Source of the DNA: an uncultured Actinomycetota bacterium
Lineage (GTDB): Bacteria > Actinomycetota > Humimicrobiia > Hakubellales > Hakubellaceae
DNA: 46,891 bases
Assembly (NCBI GenBank): GCA_964469465.1
Contig: CAYYBB010000001.1
Span: 1-46,891 of the forward strand
Direction: 5' to 3'
The notes beneath the pieces were generated by a model. The model made no database searches and was not told where the DNA came from. It was given only the letters and a program-made list of their open reading frames with translations. Positions 46,463-46,891 of this stretch are shown here, in pieces. The position numbers and the translations under genes are program-made. The number at the start of each line of letters is the position of its first letter. Within the stretch, counting starts at the first letter, position 1.

Positions 46463-46891
46463 TTATAATTCCAGAGGGGCTACTATATCAATGGTCTTAT
46501 AACCCTGTAGGGCATTTATTAAATTTGCTTGTAACCTTGTCTTCCTTTTCACCAAATGCTCAAAGTTCCAGCTGACAAGGATATCTATTCCATTAACACT
46601 GGCTATCGCTAAATGTAGTGCATCATCTCTATATTTCTCCGGAATAGTCAAACTTTTTACGTACTCTTCTGCTAATTCCTCTGCCGAAGATGTCAAACCC
46701 AGCACTTCAAACCTTTCGATCAGAGCAAGTAAATCTCCTTTTCTTTGTGCATCTTGGATTTTTCCTAGCTCTCGAACAGTTATCTCAGAAATGAAAACCT
46801 GATAATCACCTAGCTTCTTCCAGAAATCCTGCGTTTGAGCCTTTTTCTCAGGTTCTCTTTCATCGTAATACGCACTAATAACAGATGTATC
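46463..46891 (-). CDS. PIN-domain protein, 5' end outside the window
   Basis: Frame is open to the window edge: DTSVISAYYD...ISEITVREL...DALHLAIA...LVSWNFEHLV. Confidence 0.85.
   Translation of the reverse strand, partial: DTSVISAYYDEREPEKKAQTQDFWKKLGDYQVFISEITVRELGKIQDAQRKGDLLALIERFEVLGLTSSAEELAEEYVKSLTIPEKYRDDALHLAIASVNGIDILVSWNFEHLVKRKTRLQANLINALQGYKTIDIVAPLEL

Overview
Bacterial chromosomal window, almost entirely minus-strand. FtsZ sequence features suggest a deep-branching, FtsA-containing Actinomycetota-like anaerobe (inference only). From left to right: (1) a GntR/HutC-led operon with a YgeW-like transcarbamylase, a complete ECF transporter, hydantoin racemase and hydantoinase/dihydropyrimidinase (1-7.6 kb); (2) a division/cell-wall (dcw) cluster mraZ-rsmH-ftsL-ftsI-murE-murF-mraY-murD-ftsW-murG-murC-murB-ftsQ-ftsA-ftsZ-pgeF with unusually long intergenic gaps (7.7-26.4 kb); (3) a mixed region with a DUF948 protein, a radical SAM enzyme, BrnT/BrnA, xseB, bshC, an FmdB zinc ribbon, an SGNH lipoprotein and a UPF0175/DUF3368 pair (26.7-34.8 kb); (4) a LacI-controlled, Thermotoga-type inositol pathway (iolM/iolN/iolO) split by a separately promoted sugar-ABC + Zn-dehydrogenase + UroD/MtaA-family module, followed by a partial PIN gene pair (34.8-46.9 kb). 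The most striking unexplained signal is an orphan three-repeat CRISPR-like mini-array with a Cas6-type stem plus ACTGAAAC tag, lying co-directionally inside the dcw operon between ftsL and ftsI, with no cas genes in the window. Also notable are ~77-bp direct repeats bracketing a toxin-antitoxin module and a MITE-like element whose end supplies the murG stop codon.
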